The notes beneath the pieces were generated by a model that was not told the DNA's origin, ran no database searches, and saw only the letters and a program-made list of their open reading frames with translations. The translations under genes and the position numbers were made by a program. Of a stretch of 64,000 bases of DNA, positions 1 through 12,650 are shown one piece after another (positions within the stretch are counted from its first letter, which is position 1; each line of letters starts with the position of its first letter). The DNA comes from Marsupella aquatica (Eukaryota; Plantae; Marchantiophyta): contig OZ316897.1 in the NCBI GenBank assembly GCA_973895155.1, positions 15,189,375-15,253,374 on the forward strand. Direction: 5' to 3'.

Positions 1-345
1 AATGCATATTTCCCTTTGGATTTCTTGGCTTCACGCAGACTACGTAAAAACATAGCAATATTATTCGGTTAACCAAGGAATCACTAATACCCAGGACTGA
101 GTCAATCATAGTTCAACGTCACGACAATGACTCAAATAAATGCATCATCCACTTCGATTTCTTGGCTTCCTGCAGACTACGTAATAAACATAGCAATATA
201 TATAATTCTGTTAATTAAGGAATCGGTAGGATCCAGGACTGAGTCACTCATCGTTCAACGTCACGACAATTACTCAAACAAATTCATCCCCTTGGATTTC
301 TTGGCTTTCAACAGACTACTTAAACAAATTGACAATATAATTTAC
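1..345. repeat. Degenerate tandem repeat, ~140-bp unit, ~2.4 copies (runs off window start)
   Basis: GATTTCTTGGCTT..CAGACTAC recurs at ~19, ~156 and ~295; CCAGGACTGAGTCA..GTTCAACGTCACGACAAT recurs at ~92 and ~232. Confidence 0.85.
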
Positions 346-3300
346 TTTTCAAGCAATGGTCCTCAATTAGACGCACGTTCTCACTCTACGTACATAGATA
401 TAGTCCCATATTTTCTCACTTGCAGCGCACTGCCCAATTGGTCGGAATCTTGCATGACATTGAATGGATCTTTCTGGTTGCTTGCAAGTCAGGGATGTTT
501 GGCGCAAGGATGGCCGGATGGAAGGAAAAGAATTCCACAGACCCAGATTGCTCCCTTTGCTGTGGGCTCCTTGTAAGGGTATTTGCCTCTGGGTGCTTGA
601 TTATGGATGATTAACATTTGGTACAATATATTCTCTTTGCTAGTCGGCAGGTGATTTCTTTCATTCGATTTTTCATGTTTGTGCAATAGATATAGTCCCG
701 GATATAGTATTCGTGCTGCTGCCCAGCGGCATAAACAAAAAATAAAATAAACTGACAAACTTTGGTAGGACATTGTGTCGTCGCCTGATCAGTCTGGATA
801 CCTGTACCTGGGCCTCCGTTGAATTCACACTGTAGTGAATGCCTGAACTTGGTGGAGACCTGAGCCTGAACCAGCAAATGATAAACTGATCAGGTAGGTG
901 GACGAAGACACAATAATCGCAGACTGATTAGTTTGTAAATGCCTGAGCCTCCGTTGTACTTCCACGCACTTTAGTGAAGAGAGCATGATGTAGAAGCCAG
1001 AACTGCTTGCTTCACTGGTTTTTTTTTTATAGTTGTGAGTATCGTTGTGAACAAATTTAGGCAAAAATATTTAGGCAAAAATAGTCAGAGTGTAGTCACG
1101 ACATGCTTTTCAATCAGGGTGTTAAAACCAGGTACTAACATGTTAACATATTAATGCAAACTGCTGCGATCAACCTTGTAAGTTATTTGCTCAGAGCTCT
1201 CTGCTCTGCAATCATTTCTTTGACCATATTTTCTATCTAATAGAAGAAAAATAGATAAAGAAACAAATGTTCCAATTGTAAGGCCATTGTGCCTGAATTT
1301 AGTTTCTAGACAATAGATATATCAAGTTCATTGAATTGCCCAGAGAAGTGATTTTCAATGAAAAAAGCCATTTACTGGCCGGAGAGGCTAGTGTAAAAGA
1401 GTGCAGCCACTGAGGCAGCCACCCTTCCAAGCATATCTAGGTCGACTGCTGCATAGACGATGAACAACCCACTGAGTAAAGGAAGCAATGGCGCTCTGTA
1501 CAGCATGTTCCATTCACCAAATGTTTTCAGAATTAAACTTTTCATTAGTTCTTCTTATAACAATAATTACCGTAGTTTGTAACCGCTGTTGTCTGAGTTA
1601 TGGTGCAGCAGTATGAACGAGATCAGTCCATGGACCCCAACCGGGCTGCTTGTAATAAATCGCGTACGTTACATGTTTCCTGAGCATCTACAATCTCAAC
1701 TTCGGGAAGATGAGCTTTTGTCCAACTCAAACTCGCATACGAATCAATGTACTCATATATCCAGAGAAACGCGGACGGAAAAGGTCGCCTTTTCCAGACG
1801 AGGCTTTACACTGCGACCGATCTGATAACTTAACAGGTTAATGTCCGTGAAACACTGGTCGTAATTGGCTTCCATATCCATAACTGATTGAAATTGAACC
1901 ATCTAAAATGCCCCTAAGTAAGATGCAACTCCACCGACCAAGAAAACATAACACCCGTCGATCAGGGACCTTACCGTGGAGGCGGGACTTAATTGGAGGA
2001 TAGGTAGCCATGAAACATATGACTGGCCGTTCAACAAGTTTCCCCAGAGTATCTCTGTACCACGGAGTCAGGCAAGCGTTTAGACCAAAATAACACACGC
2101 CTGGCTTCGCTCCAATTTGGAGCCTTCTTGGAAGCAGTGAAAATAAATGGAGTGCAAGAAAGCAGTTGGCACTACATGTCGGTAATTGGTCCTTGTGTTG
2201 TACGTGGCAGAAATCGTTAACGGAGAATTCCGAGTGATCTCGAAGTTGGGTGGGTTATATATCCCTCCATCGTGAAGAAGATAGTGCTAGATAGCTTATA
2301 CCTCGGCTACTGAATACAATTAGTAAGATCATTTTAGATTATATAATATATGCTGCTACTCTGAGAAATTGAAATCTGCGAATAGATTTCACCAAAACTA
2401 AGTTTAAGATTGAAATGTATTCATTATACTCTGATCGCGCGTGTCAACATTCTATAAAATTAATAGGTTAGATCTCCTCCAAGCAACGTAGCTCTTCCAT
2501 TGCCATTCTAGTCCCTAGCCTCACTTTCCTCTCCAACTTGATGGAATGAAGTCGAGTATTTCAATAATCATCCTCTTAAATTTCATACCGGGATTGCTGG
2601 ACATTCTTCTCAGAAGAAACTGAAGGGTTTGCATTGGAATACCAGCAACGAAAGCGAGGTCCGCCAAATCGCACTTCAATTACAATTCTTATAGAGACAA
2701 AGACCTTATATGCTCATACCACATGTGATCCACGCGGGGATCCACGAGAGTGCCATTGACCTTCACAATCCCGCAGACCAATGAATCAAATGCTGGAAGG
2801 CCGAGTCCATGGCTCCTGCGGTGGCTACCAGTTTCCCCCGACTCCTGAGATGCGCTCTTTCAACTGCAACGTACGTAGGTGAAGATCAAGCAGGCCAGAA
2901 TTGTCAAACGAAATGTAGGAAGAAAGGATCCACGCTGCTCAACGAACACTGGACTGATTCAACAGATAAGTGCTCCCAGAAGAGACTGTCCTGAGACGTT
3001 GTCGATAAGGGAAGCCTCTGACTGTTCGATGTATACTCGATCACTCTTCGTCGTATAATGCAGGGACTGCAACTGCACAACTCCTTGGTCTGACCTCCAT
3101 GTCAATGGATAAGCTGATAGGGCATGGCACTTAAAAGAATCCTCCAGGGTTGATTAAGTATGTCATCGAAGCTAAGCTTCGTAGACTTCAAGTGTGACGG
3201 CCAAAAATGCTTCCCTGGCACGTGAGTCTTTCGATCTCGGTTATGTCCTTCATAACTGGAGTATTGCAAGTTCAAGTAGACCTTCAGTAACACGAGACAA

Positions 3301-3534
3301 CGGGGCCGTTAGCACACGTACAGTTGGCAATTCCATTCCACATCGATGATTCCAAAAAGGCATGAAGGACATTAGCAAAAACAAATCAGCTCAGGATAAA
3401 GGTTTTAAGATCTATCACAACTGCATCCAAGCACCGTCTGAGAAGGGAGTGCATGCCGCCAATGGGTGTCGTAATCGTGAAGCGAATCGATCTTTTATCC
3501 ATGCCCTTCCGCACATCGTTCATACATGGTTTAA

Positions 3535-3629
3535 AGACAGGTGGACGAAGGTGGAGTTTCCTGGGTCGGCTTTCTACTTCAATACAATACAAAGCCAGTC
3601 CAAGGAACTCCACCATCGTGCAGATATCT
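3535..3629 (+). ncRNA. A-family stem-loop (pre-miRNA-like)
   Basis: GGTGGAGTTTCCTGGGTCGGCTTT pairs with AAAGCCAGTCCAAGGAACTCCACC using three G:U pairs; flanked by AGACAGGTGGACGA / TCGTGCAGATATCT. Confidence 0.7.
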
Positions 3630-3907
3630 GAATGATCTCACAGTCCGCATGGTGTAACGGTCCGTCCTCGACAACAATTCTTGCCACACGCGTAGGTCAT
3701 AGATAAGCAAACTTTGGGGAAGCTAATTAAACCTTTCCTTGATGTTGTTGACAGAGGGTTTTGTTGATCTAATTTGCACACCTCAATCGCTGGAGACAGC
3801 TAACGCCCACTCTGTACGTGTAGACAAACACCTCCGAAATGGCCCAGATTGAAGAAAGTCCAGCGTGGGCCAGGTCGTTCAGACGTAAGAACAATCGAAC
3901 TACTGAC

Positions 3908-3970
3908 GTATCTATCTGAAACAACCTTGTATCTATCTGAAACAACCTTGTATCTATCTGAAACAACCTT
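3908..3970 (+). repeat. Perfect 21-bp tandem repeat x3
   Basis: GTATCTATCTGAAACAACCTT x3, followed by TCAGATAG; the last unit folds as CTATCTGAAA/TTTCAGATAG. Confidence 0.95.
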
Positions 3971-5257
3971 TCAGATAGTGTTCTATGTGGTATCATAAGT
4001 GTCAGTAAGTACGTGGGCCCTCGGACCAAGATTTACTTTCAAAGGACCAACTGGCCAGTCCACAAGACGGTCGGAAACATCAGCATCGATATCTCAGCTA
4101 CAAGCGGTCAGTCCCATCCAATTGACATATGTCACTTCTCAGGACTGGAATACTACTACTGCAGTCGCGTACACGGCAGTAGAATCATTCAAACGGATAA
4201 TATACCAAGTAGAATCCTCCAAAAGATTTTTAGCAGTCCATTTTCTTTATTGACATGCATGATCGATTGCAATAAGTACACTTTTGGCCCGAGTTAAGGC
4301 TGTCCCGTAGGAAATGCTTCTGGACGGCCCGACCATAGCCCCTACATAGATCCTGGAGAAGAAATCTGAAACAGCAGTAAAAATCTATATATTGGAAGAT
4401 CCGAAGAAATTCTCGAAACGTAGAACAACCTATTGGACATCTGAAATTTGAAGGCGTGAGTGCGTCTTCACACTCAAACCATCAAAAGTGGATACCCTCA
4501 ACTGGAAAAATTTAACCAGATCATTATCTAGCAGGCATGTTAAGGACAGCAACTCAATAGCAGAGCCGTCTGAGCATTCTCTGTCGTACACTGGTCTATA
4601 GATAAATAGTCGACAGCTGCATCAAACCGGAATACCAAAACTGAGGATGATTCCCAAGGACAGGGCGAGAACCTCAAGGAGGAAAGGGTTGCCTACTCCG
4701 TCGAAAACTATCCAAGCTCCATTGACACCATCAAAACTAATACTAGCAGGAAGTCTTCCAGCAGCGATCATCAAGGTATCTAGTTTCTGTACGAAAAGAG
4801 AAAGCTAGCTGCCGGCCATCTTTCAGACATGTAAGCGAATTTCGCAGAAAGGCAGAGAGAGAGTTTGACCTTCTCGGAGCTCTACACTGGTCGACCTCCG
4901 CATGCTTCTCTTGATCACTACTATGCCCAACCTAGCTGGTTCAGTTGTATTCTCCATATGCGGACCGACACGTAGGGTGCATATAAAAGAGTCACCTCAC
5001 ACCCCGAGGGCAAGCCGCCGGAGACCTAAAAGGGCACTGGTCCGCGTAGACCTCACTGATTACCTGAATATGGCGCGACAGAATTTCTGGAAGGTTTGAT
5101 ATCTCTCGATGCGTCCAATGCCGAGAGAGCACAAATTACGTCCTAGTCCCGTCACAGAGAAACCGACCAATCTCTTTCAATGACTGCACTTTTCCGAGGT
5201 ATGTCTTTCAGACAGAGATCCAAAAGTAATGTTTCTGTTCGTCGTACGCTGATGTAG

Positions 5258-5349
5258 AGATGGTTGCTTGAAAGTGGGGAGACTTGGGCTGGTGTATTCT
5301 TCGCAAAGAAAATGCCAGTCCAAGTCACTCCACCATCGTCCAGACATCT
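5258..5349 (+). ncRNA. A-family stem-loop (pre-miRNA-like) with compensatory changes
   Basis: GTGGGGAGACTTGGGCTGGTGT pairs with ATGCCAGTCCAAGTCACTCCAC. Against consensus, TT>GA in the 5' arm is matched by AA>TC in the 3' arm, and TTAG/CTAA becomes TTGG/CCAA. Confidence 0.72.
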
Positions 5350-8300
5350 GAGTATTTTCGAGCTCACTACGCAGACTCGGGCGGACGTACGGCTTGCGGC
5401 AAAAGACCTGAAATGGTCGAGATTATTTTACAGGTCACAGCTCGCGGATCGATGAGTTTTGGCCCTGTCCCTCATTGTTGAAAGATGTGGCGTTTCTTTT
5501 GGACGACACTAAGGATGAGTCCAACAGACAATTAGAGTGAATCTAGCACTACGCAACGAATGCATGGCGCTCCGTTGAGATCTCCGTGTGCTTCTTCCAA
5601 GAATAGAATGTTAAACGAGGAAGGGAGTTCTGTCGCAATGTACTCCTTCCCCGAGGTCCATTGGGTTACTCGAGACCCGTGATTAAATGAGGACTTCTGT
5701 CCTCACGCGTCATAACAGGTCTGAAATGACAAAAAGCTGTTGTCACCTTATTCATTTAACCCCCTGGAACTTAAACACGGCGAAAGTACAGACAGCATCA
5801 AACCATTGACAAGGTCCCAAGACAAAAACAAAACCAGGGGCCCATGAGCCTGAAACCCTTCACACATTGCGTTGCAACTGGTTTTATAAATTACTTCTTG
5901 AATACTCCGCATAAGTGGCAGAATAAGAATGTCGAGGCCTTTTGTCCTGGAGATTTGGAAGCAGACAAATTTATGTGAACTCATCAATCTCTTCAGATTC
6001 CGTGTGCTATTGCATGTGTAGAAGACAGCCAAACAAACGTGGGGGTCCTTGAGCTGCCCTTTCATTATCAGGAAAGGCCAGTCCAAGCCAGTCCATTGTT
6101 GTGGACGCGCCTGAATATACTTCCACGTTTTCTGAACATGTAAACTCAAATCTCCCATAATTTGCAATCATTTGCATGTGTGATTGTATCGTTGGCAGAC
6201 TTCAATGTGTGTGCTCTATGTAGCCTATTCGTTGGCCTTGTCCTCCCCTACATAACAAATCTGCTCTTTCCTTACTGGAATGGTCCTCGGTGAGAGCCAA
6301 AACCAAACAAGAGAACTACCCACTCCCCCGCCCCCCAAAAAGTAGCAAGATGAGTCGAGAGCAGCTGTGTTCGGAATTGGAAAGCTGACTGTTCTGCACC
6401 CTTCCAGATCGATGTTGGATCAACAAAATTGAGCATTGCAATCCTGATTTGAGACAATCACGAAACAGTACCTAAATCAAAGCTATTTAACTAAAAATGA
6501 CCGGTTCCTCCATTCGCAAGATTGCATATTATTTAACCTAAAACCAAAAGTTAGCTTCTCTGCTCAAGGACATGCTTCAGTTACTCTCCGTTAGGGGTCT
6601 CTGCTGTATGGTTCGCCGGCACTTCAACTTATGTATAAATTGCTCTTACCTTTTAATTATTAAAGACATTCGGGGGGCGGGGGTGGCCAGGTAGTTCTAT
6701 ACGATTAAGTGAGAATGAGAATCAAGTGAGAATGAGAATGTGAGACTTGAAACTGGGGCATGTCGGGAAGTCTCCTGTTCCTCCTTAAATACTGGTCATT
6801 CCCTCCACTTGAGGGCTAGGTACGTTTATCATTTCTTTTTAGAGGAAGGTTTTTTAGATTCTTATAATGACTTTCTATTCAATTGACAATGTACAGTTAC
6901 ATCTTTAATAATGGTAAGAAGGCCCTTTTCCATAAGGCAAGTGTTTAATTCTTATAATGCCTTTATATCTAACTGACAAGTAAAGCCCCATTTTATATTA
7001 GTAAACTCTAGTACCTCTCTGAAACACAATTGAACAGAAAGTTAGACTACCATAAAATTCACACATGACCCAGGGACCCTCCCTATTACAAAAGAGTTGC
7101 ATGTGTGGGGAGAGATGAAAACAATTATGCTATTACGACAGATTTTCTCCAAATTGTATCATGAGCCACTTCTCAGGGCTTATTAAGGTTGTTTGATCAG
7201 CTGGGATGTTTTCTATTTGTGATTCCTCTGATCTGTATGGCACGCGCGTGAATGTAGACAGTGGCGAGAGTGAAGGTCGCGATCCTTTGAAGCTGAGCAC
7301 TATGTGAGTGCCATCCAAGAGCTCAGGTTTATAGAACTGATTATGCGTTGGGACAAATTCACAAACCAGAATTTCCCGACTGTATTTTGAGTCTTGTAAC
7401 TAGCCTCTACTCTCCATTACGGTAAGAAACACATTTAGGCCAAACATAGGACCACATAGAGTTTTATAGAATATGTTTCCACCTGAAATCTTTCACATTC
7501 TGCACAAAATCTGGATGGTGATTTGAATGTCACTAGTCCTCTGAATTTTACTCTCGGGTTGCTGAACTTTTATAAACATCTAGTGTTTTCTGTTTGTAGC
7601 TGCAGCTCCGTTGCCTAGAGAGGATAAAGAACTGTGAAGTACGTGCAGTTACTGATTATTTCATGGTTTTTCAAGATCCCTGATAGCATAGGTGGCGAGT
7701 GTCTCGATTGATTCCCACTCACCGGTAGTACACGGTCATCCTCCTTTGCCACAATCTTAACTTTAGTGACAAAGAGGTTCAATTCCGATCTGATAGTCGT
7801 GTATGCACTTAGGCGAGGCACATGGGCTGAAGAAAAGGTGTCGAAATAACCCGAACTCTATCTGTTCAGCCTTTGCTAGAGTCTCCATTAATCAAGAGTC
7901 CAAACTAGAGTAATGATCTTGACACTTTTCTGTAAAGTTGAAATGATGTTGCCCGGCTAGTCAAGACCTCAACTACTTGCCCGATTTTGTCTAAGGTGAA
8001 GTTTTTTCACCCTCACACACACCTGACGCCAACAGAGTATTGTTTTGATCGATAATAAAAATAAAGAGATTCAAGCGGTGGCCCGGCGGTGTGATTAGAA
8101 CATACCGATTTCCGAAAATATATAATTGTATTGGTATTTCTTGGAAATAGTAGTGGGGTCACTCGTGCATGGGCTATGGCGGCTGCGGTGATGTGCATTC
8201 TACGTCCAATCACATCCAAGGTTTCAATATCTTTTGGCTAGGGCTATGATTGTCAGGGTTATTATTTGATATTTGGAACCTTAGTGGTCTATGATCAGTA

Positions 8301-10679
8301 CATAGGTGAGTTCCAATTTCCAAAGTCCAAACCGATGCCTGTCTAACAACTATCATATGCAATTCAATTCTGCCAGCACTGCCCCGTGCATGGTCTGTTA
8401 ACAGAATCAATTTCAGCATCGATTTCGGCCATAGGATGTCTTGGTAAGATTCCAAAGGAGATATTTGGGACCATCAGATCATGGAAAACATATATAAAGT
8501 GGCTCTGCAGCCATGCGCAATCAACCTGCACATTTAAGCTCCGTCACACCTTTTCACAGGGTATGGAGCAGGGAAGACAAAATGGTTTTGCACTATCACA
8601 ACATTTACTCAAACACAACACCGGACTTCTGGCAATCACAATAACAAAGTGTCTGCAATGATGCAAGTTTGCAATGACTGTACACTTCTTGTGATGACAG
8701 CACTTCCGTAACCATAACAATTTGAGCTTTACAATAAGTTGTTGAAATGACAACTCTCTAACAATAAGAGAGCTATACGAACTATTCCAAGTGACAACCC
8801 AGACTAAAATAGGGGGTCTCCAATATCATAATTTAATGATCCTTAATATAACTTAAAGTTATGGATTGCGAGATTCATAATCCATAATTCTTTGTTATAA
8901 AGGTTGATCATACCATGACCATAAGTCACTCTACATGCTAGTGACAACAAACATTAGGTAACCCTGTGAAAACTCTATGGCCGTTTCTTTACTAGCAAAA
9001 ACAATCATCAATACTATGAAGCTTTGAGAGGCCCTAGTGATAACACGTCTGATAACACGTCCGCAGTATATGCAATAACAAAAGTTCTTGACAATTACAT
9101 AATACCAAAAATGCATGACACTAAATACACAACTTTGGCTATAACAGCAATTCGTAACAATAACTTAATAACGACAATTCATGAGTGACAATTCATGGCA
9201 AATAACTTAGTCATGTCAGCTGCACCGCTGGTGGGCTAGTCGTATTTGTCCATATAATAATCCTGAGATACCGACTCTTCAACGTCACTGTTACACCGCA
9301 AAGTATGGAGAGGTGTGCGGACCCTTCGAGGCTCTTGTCTGCTGGAGTCGGACTCGACTCCTCCATTCCTGCTGAGTTCCGAGTGCAAACAACGCCGTCC
9401 AGGTCTGTCGTTTCTTACACGAAAGCCTTTTATTCTTCGAATGCTCTGTAGATGGTCATGTGCAAACCCGTCAATTCGAATGTGTCAATGCAATCGTAGC
9501 GCAGTTACGGGAGCACTCCACGCAGAATGAGCTAGTCATTCTCGCCAGCTGAAGCGTCAGTGCATGGGTTTTGTCTATCCACCTGCGCGCCTGTGCTGAG
9601 TATGTCCAAGAGACCGGGCGGCTTGTGAGATGAGACAGACTTACTTGAAGAAATAGCTCAACTTAACAAGCGGGTTTGGGAGGCAAAGGCCTGAATGAGA
9701 ACAAGCAAAACCTCAAAGGATGCCGTGCTCAGTCTGCGTGCGTGGCGGCGTTAGGTTTCGAGCTCGGAGGGACCTGTCCGCTTGACTCACTAGTGTAAAA
9801 CATATTTTTTGCTAGCCTGAAGATTCGGAGGCGGAGCAGCAGCCACGGTTGTGAGGGATTGATTCCATGCATGCTCTTCTGCTCACTGCGGGTAAAGCAG
9901 CATGGATTGCACGAACTTGCCCCACAAGCCCCTTGTCACACTCGGCAGACAAGGTTCCATGTTTGTGACGCTCCAACGCCATGTCTGTAGGAGTTGTTCG
10001 CAGCAAATGTTACTGTCGAAATATTCTCCAGGGTCACAAGGCACGTCTCCAAAGTAGATCAACGACGATCTCCGACTTGTTAATTATTAGAAACACCTTT
10101 GAGCTCAAATCTGTGTGCGCGTGGTGAGGCAGAATATAGCAAGCTCGTCGGTTTAAAGAGAAGATGTGTGAGAAGAAGGCGATGGGGCATCGTGGCCAAT
10201 CGGAACGACGTTGATGGAATGGAGACTGTCTAATCGATTCTACAAGGAGACTCTAATAATAGCTTCAAAGATCGAGGGCTGGTATTATTGGTAAAAGTAT
10301 TCGGGATCCACTGGTAAGATTCGGAACATTTTATAGTCGCGAAGGAGAAGACTACAACATTCTGAGTTACCAGAAGCATGTAAAGAAGCTGCAGTACATT
10401 GTTTTCATTTGGACGCTGAATTCTTCAATGAAATGCTTCAATGACCCGTGCACGCCTCTCATACTTCAGAGAACGTGACATTTTGTTCAGGCTTGGAAAA
10501 TAATCTCGAAAGCAAACTAAATTCCATGTGTCCCCGGGGACATACAGCTGTTGATTCAAGACAGAAGAATGGGTTCCATTGGCAACGGCCCACACTGATA
10601 AACATTCTACCACATATTCTAGTTACACATATTCGAGTTACAGGTGAGTGACTGATCCACTCAAGACTTTATTAGTAAT

Positions 10680-12650
10680 TGTTTTATGTGACTTTATTCA
10701 TAATTATAATTTTTATATTAACTTAGAAACCAAGAATTAGTTTAATTGTTAGATCCTTAAAATCAGTGCCAAGCATGCCCTTTGTAAAGTGAAGTTTTGT
10801 GATTTTAAATACTATGTTATTTAAAATGAAATATTAACTTATATATTTATAGTCTTGTAATTTTAAATATTATATCATTTTAAAATAAAATACTAATTTA
10901 TATATTTATTATTAAATTAGAAATAAAAAAATTTTAAATATTATATTATTTTAAATGAAATATTAACTTGTATTTTTATGGTCTTATAATTTTAAATATT
11001 ATATCATTTCAAATAAAATATTAATTTATATATTTATGATTAAAAATGGAGTAATTTTAAATACTATGTTATTTCAAATAAAATATTAACTTGTATATTT
11101 ATGATATGAATGAAAGAGTCTTCACATTCACATCTTTCCAATATAAGATAGATGTAGTCTCAGGTAAAATAATTAGATCAAATTAATTTAAATGTTTAAA
11201 TCATTAATTTGTATAATTTTTTTTATAAAATATTTTTAAAAATTATTTATCTAAATTATTATTTTAATAAATCTTAACAATATTCCATAAATTTTAAAAA
11301 TTTATTAGTTTAAATTTTTCTCAAATATTAAAATGTTAAATATTGTTTTAAAATTTTTTTTATCTATTATTAAATATACATATAAAATTACATAATCTAA
11401 ATACAAATTTAAAATATATTTTATTTATTAATAATAATTAAATTTTATAATTTTATAATTTCATAAATATATAATTTTTTGTGTATTTTAATTACTATAT
11501 ATTTATCCATATTATGTTTATTTAATTTAATTTATTATTTAAATAATAAAATTTAACATCATAAATCAAAATATTAAAATAATAAAATTATACAAAAATT
11601 ATAAATATTTAATTTTCTCAAATAAACATATTATTATAAAATATTATATATATAATCATTTGAAAATAAAAAGAATTCAATATTTATTTTATAATGATAA
11701 TTTTATTTTTAAAAATTTATTAAATTTTAATAATAATATTTGTATTTATGTTTTAAATAAAAATTCATTTTTTAATATTATTAATTTAATTTAATTTAAA
11801 ATTTTAATTTATGTTTTTTATAATGATATAAAAATATTAATTAATAAAATATTAATTAAAACTTATTAGAAAAATTACATAATTTTTAATTATATAAAAA
11901 TTATAAATCATAATTAATCAATCTAATATATATTTATCATTTATATAAATATAATTTAAATAAATATCAATTAATTAATATATATATATATTATATTTTA
12001 AAAATTTATTATATAATATATTAAATTTTTTTTGTAAATTAAAATATTTATAATTTAATTAAAATATTTTATTTAATTTATTATCATTTAAATTATATTA
12101 CATAAAATTTAATAATATATAATAATTTATTTATTTTAATAATGAAATATATATAATTAAAATTATTTAAATATAATTTATTTTGATTAGAGTTAACAAA
12201 ATTAAAGTTAGAATTAACAAAAAATTTGTAAAATAAAATAATAAATTTAAAATTATATTTAATTTTTAATTTATTTATAATTATATTATTAAATGTTAAA
12301 AAAATTGTATTTTTAATTTATAAATTTTATAATCATTTTATTTAAAAAAAATTTGAAAATTATTAATTATATTAATAAATTTTTATTTTATTTATTATTT
12401 AATTTAAATTTAAATTATGAAACCTCATTATATAGAAATCTTATTATGATATGTAATTTTTTTAGATTCTAAATTCTCTAAAATATTTTTTTAATTATTA
12501 CTATAATATTTTAAATTTTAAATGAAATAAATATAAATATTTTTATGAATTTTAAAATTATATTTTTTAAGAAAAATTGTTAAATTTTTCTATAATAGCA
12601 ATAAAATAACAAAAAAAAAATATTGTAATTGATGTATTATTTTTGTGGAA
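10680..12650. other. Extremely AT-rich island (probable hypermutated TE relic) with ~60-70-bp sub-repeats at ~10800-11105
   Basis: Almost no G/C for ~2 kb with fairly abrupt borders; the ATTTTAAATA(C/T)TAT..ATTT..AA(T/A)..AAATATTAA motif repeats about five times at the left end. Confidence 0.75.

Larger units (their letters stand above)
1960..5470 (+). ncRNA. Putative hairpin-array (polycistronic pri-miRNA-like) locus 1
   Basis: No credible ORF. Two clear A-family hairpins (3535-3629, 5258-5349) plus many fold-backs of other sequence: CCGTGG/CCACGG ~1974-2065, TTGCTGG/CCAGCAA ~2594-2648, TGACGGCC/GGCCGTTA ~3195-3311, GCCCACTCTG/CAGCGTGGGC ~3805-3870, GACCTGAAATGGTC/GATTATTT..CAGGTC ~5405-5436. 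Boundaries approximate. Confidence 0.55.

Noticed and set aside
5748-6167. 139-aa ORF
   Set aside because: Non-ATG start, no recognisable domain or splice context.
8080-9240. Helitron or CACTA element (short CATGACAA-like repeats, ends in CTAGT)
   Set aside because: Terminal hairpin weak; no 5' end or TIR pair established.
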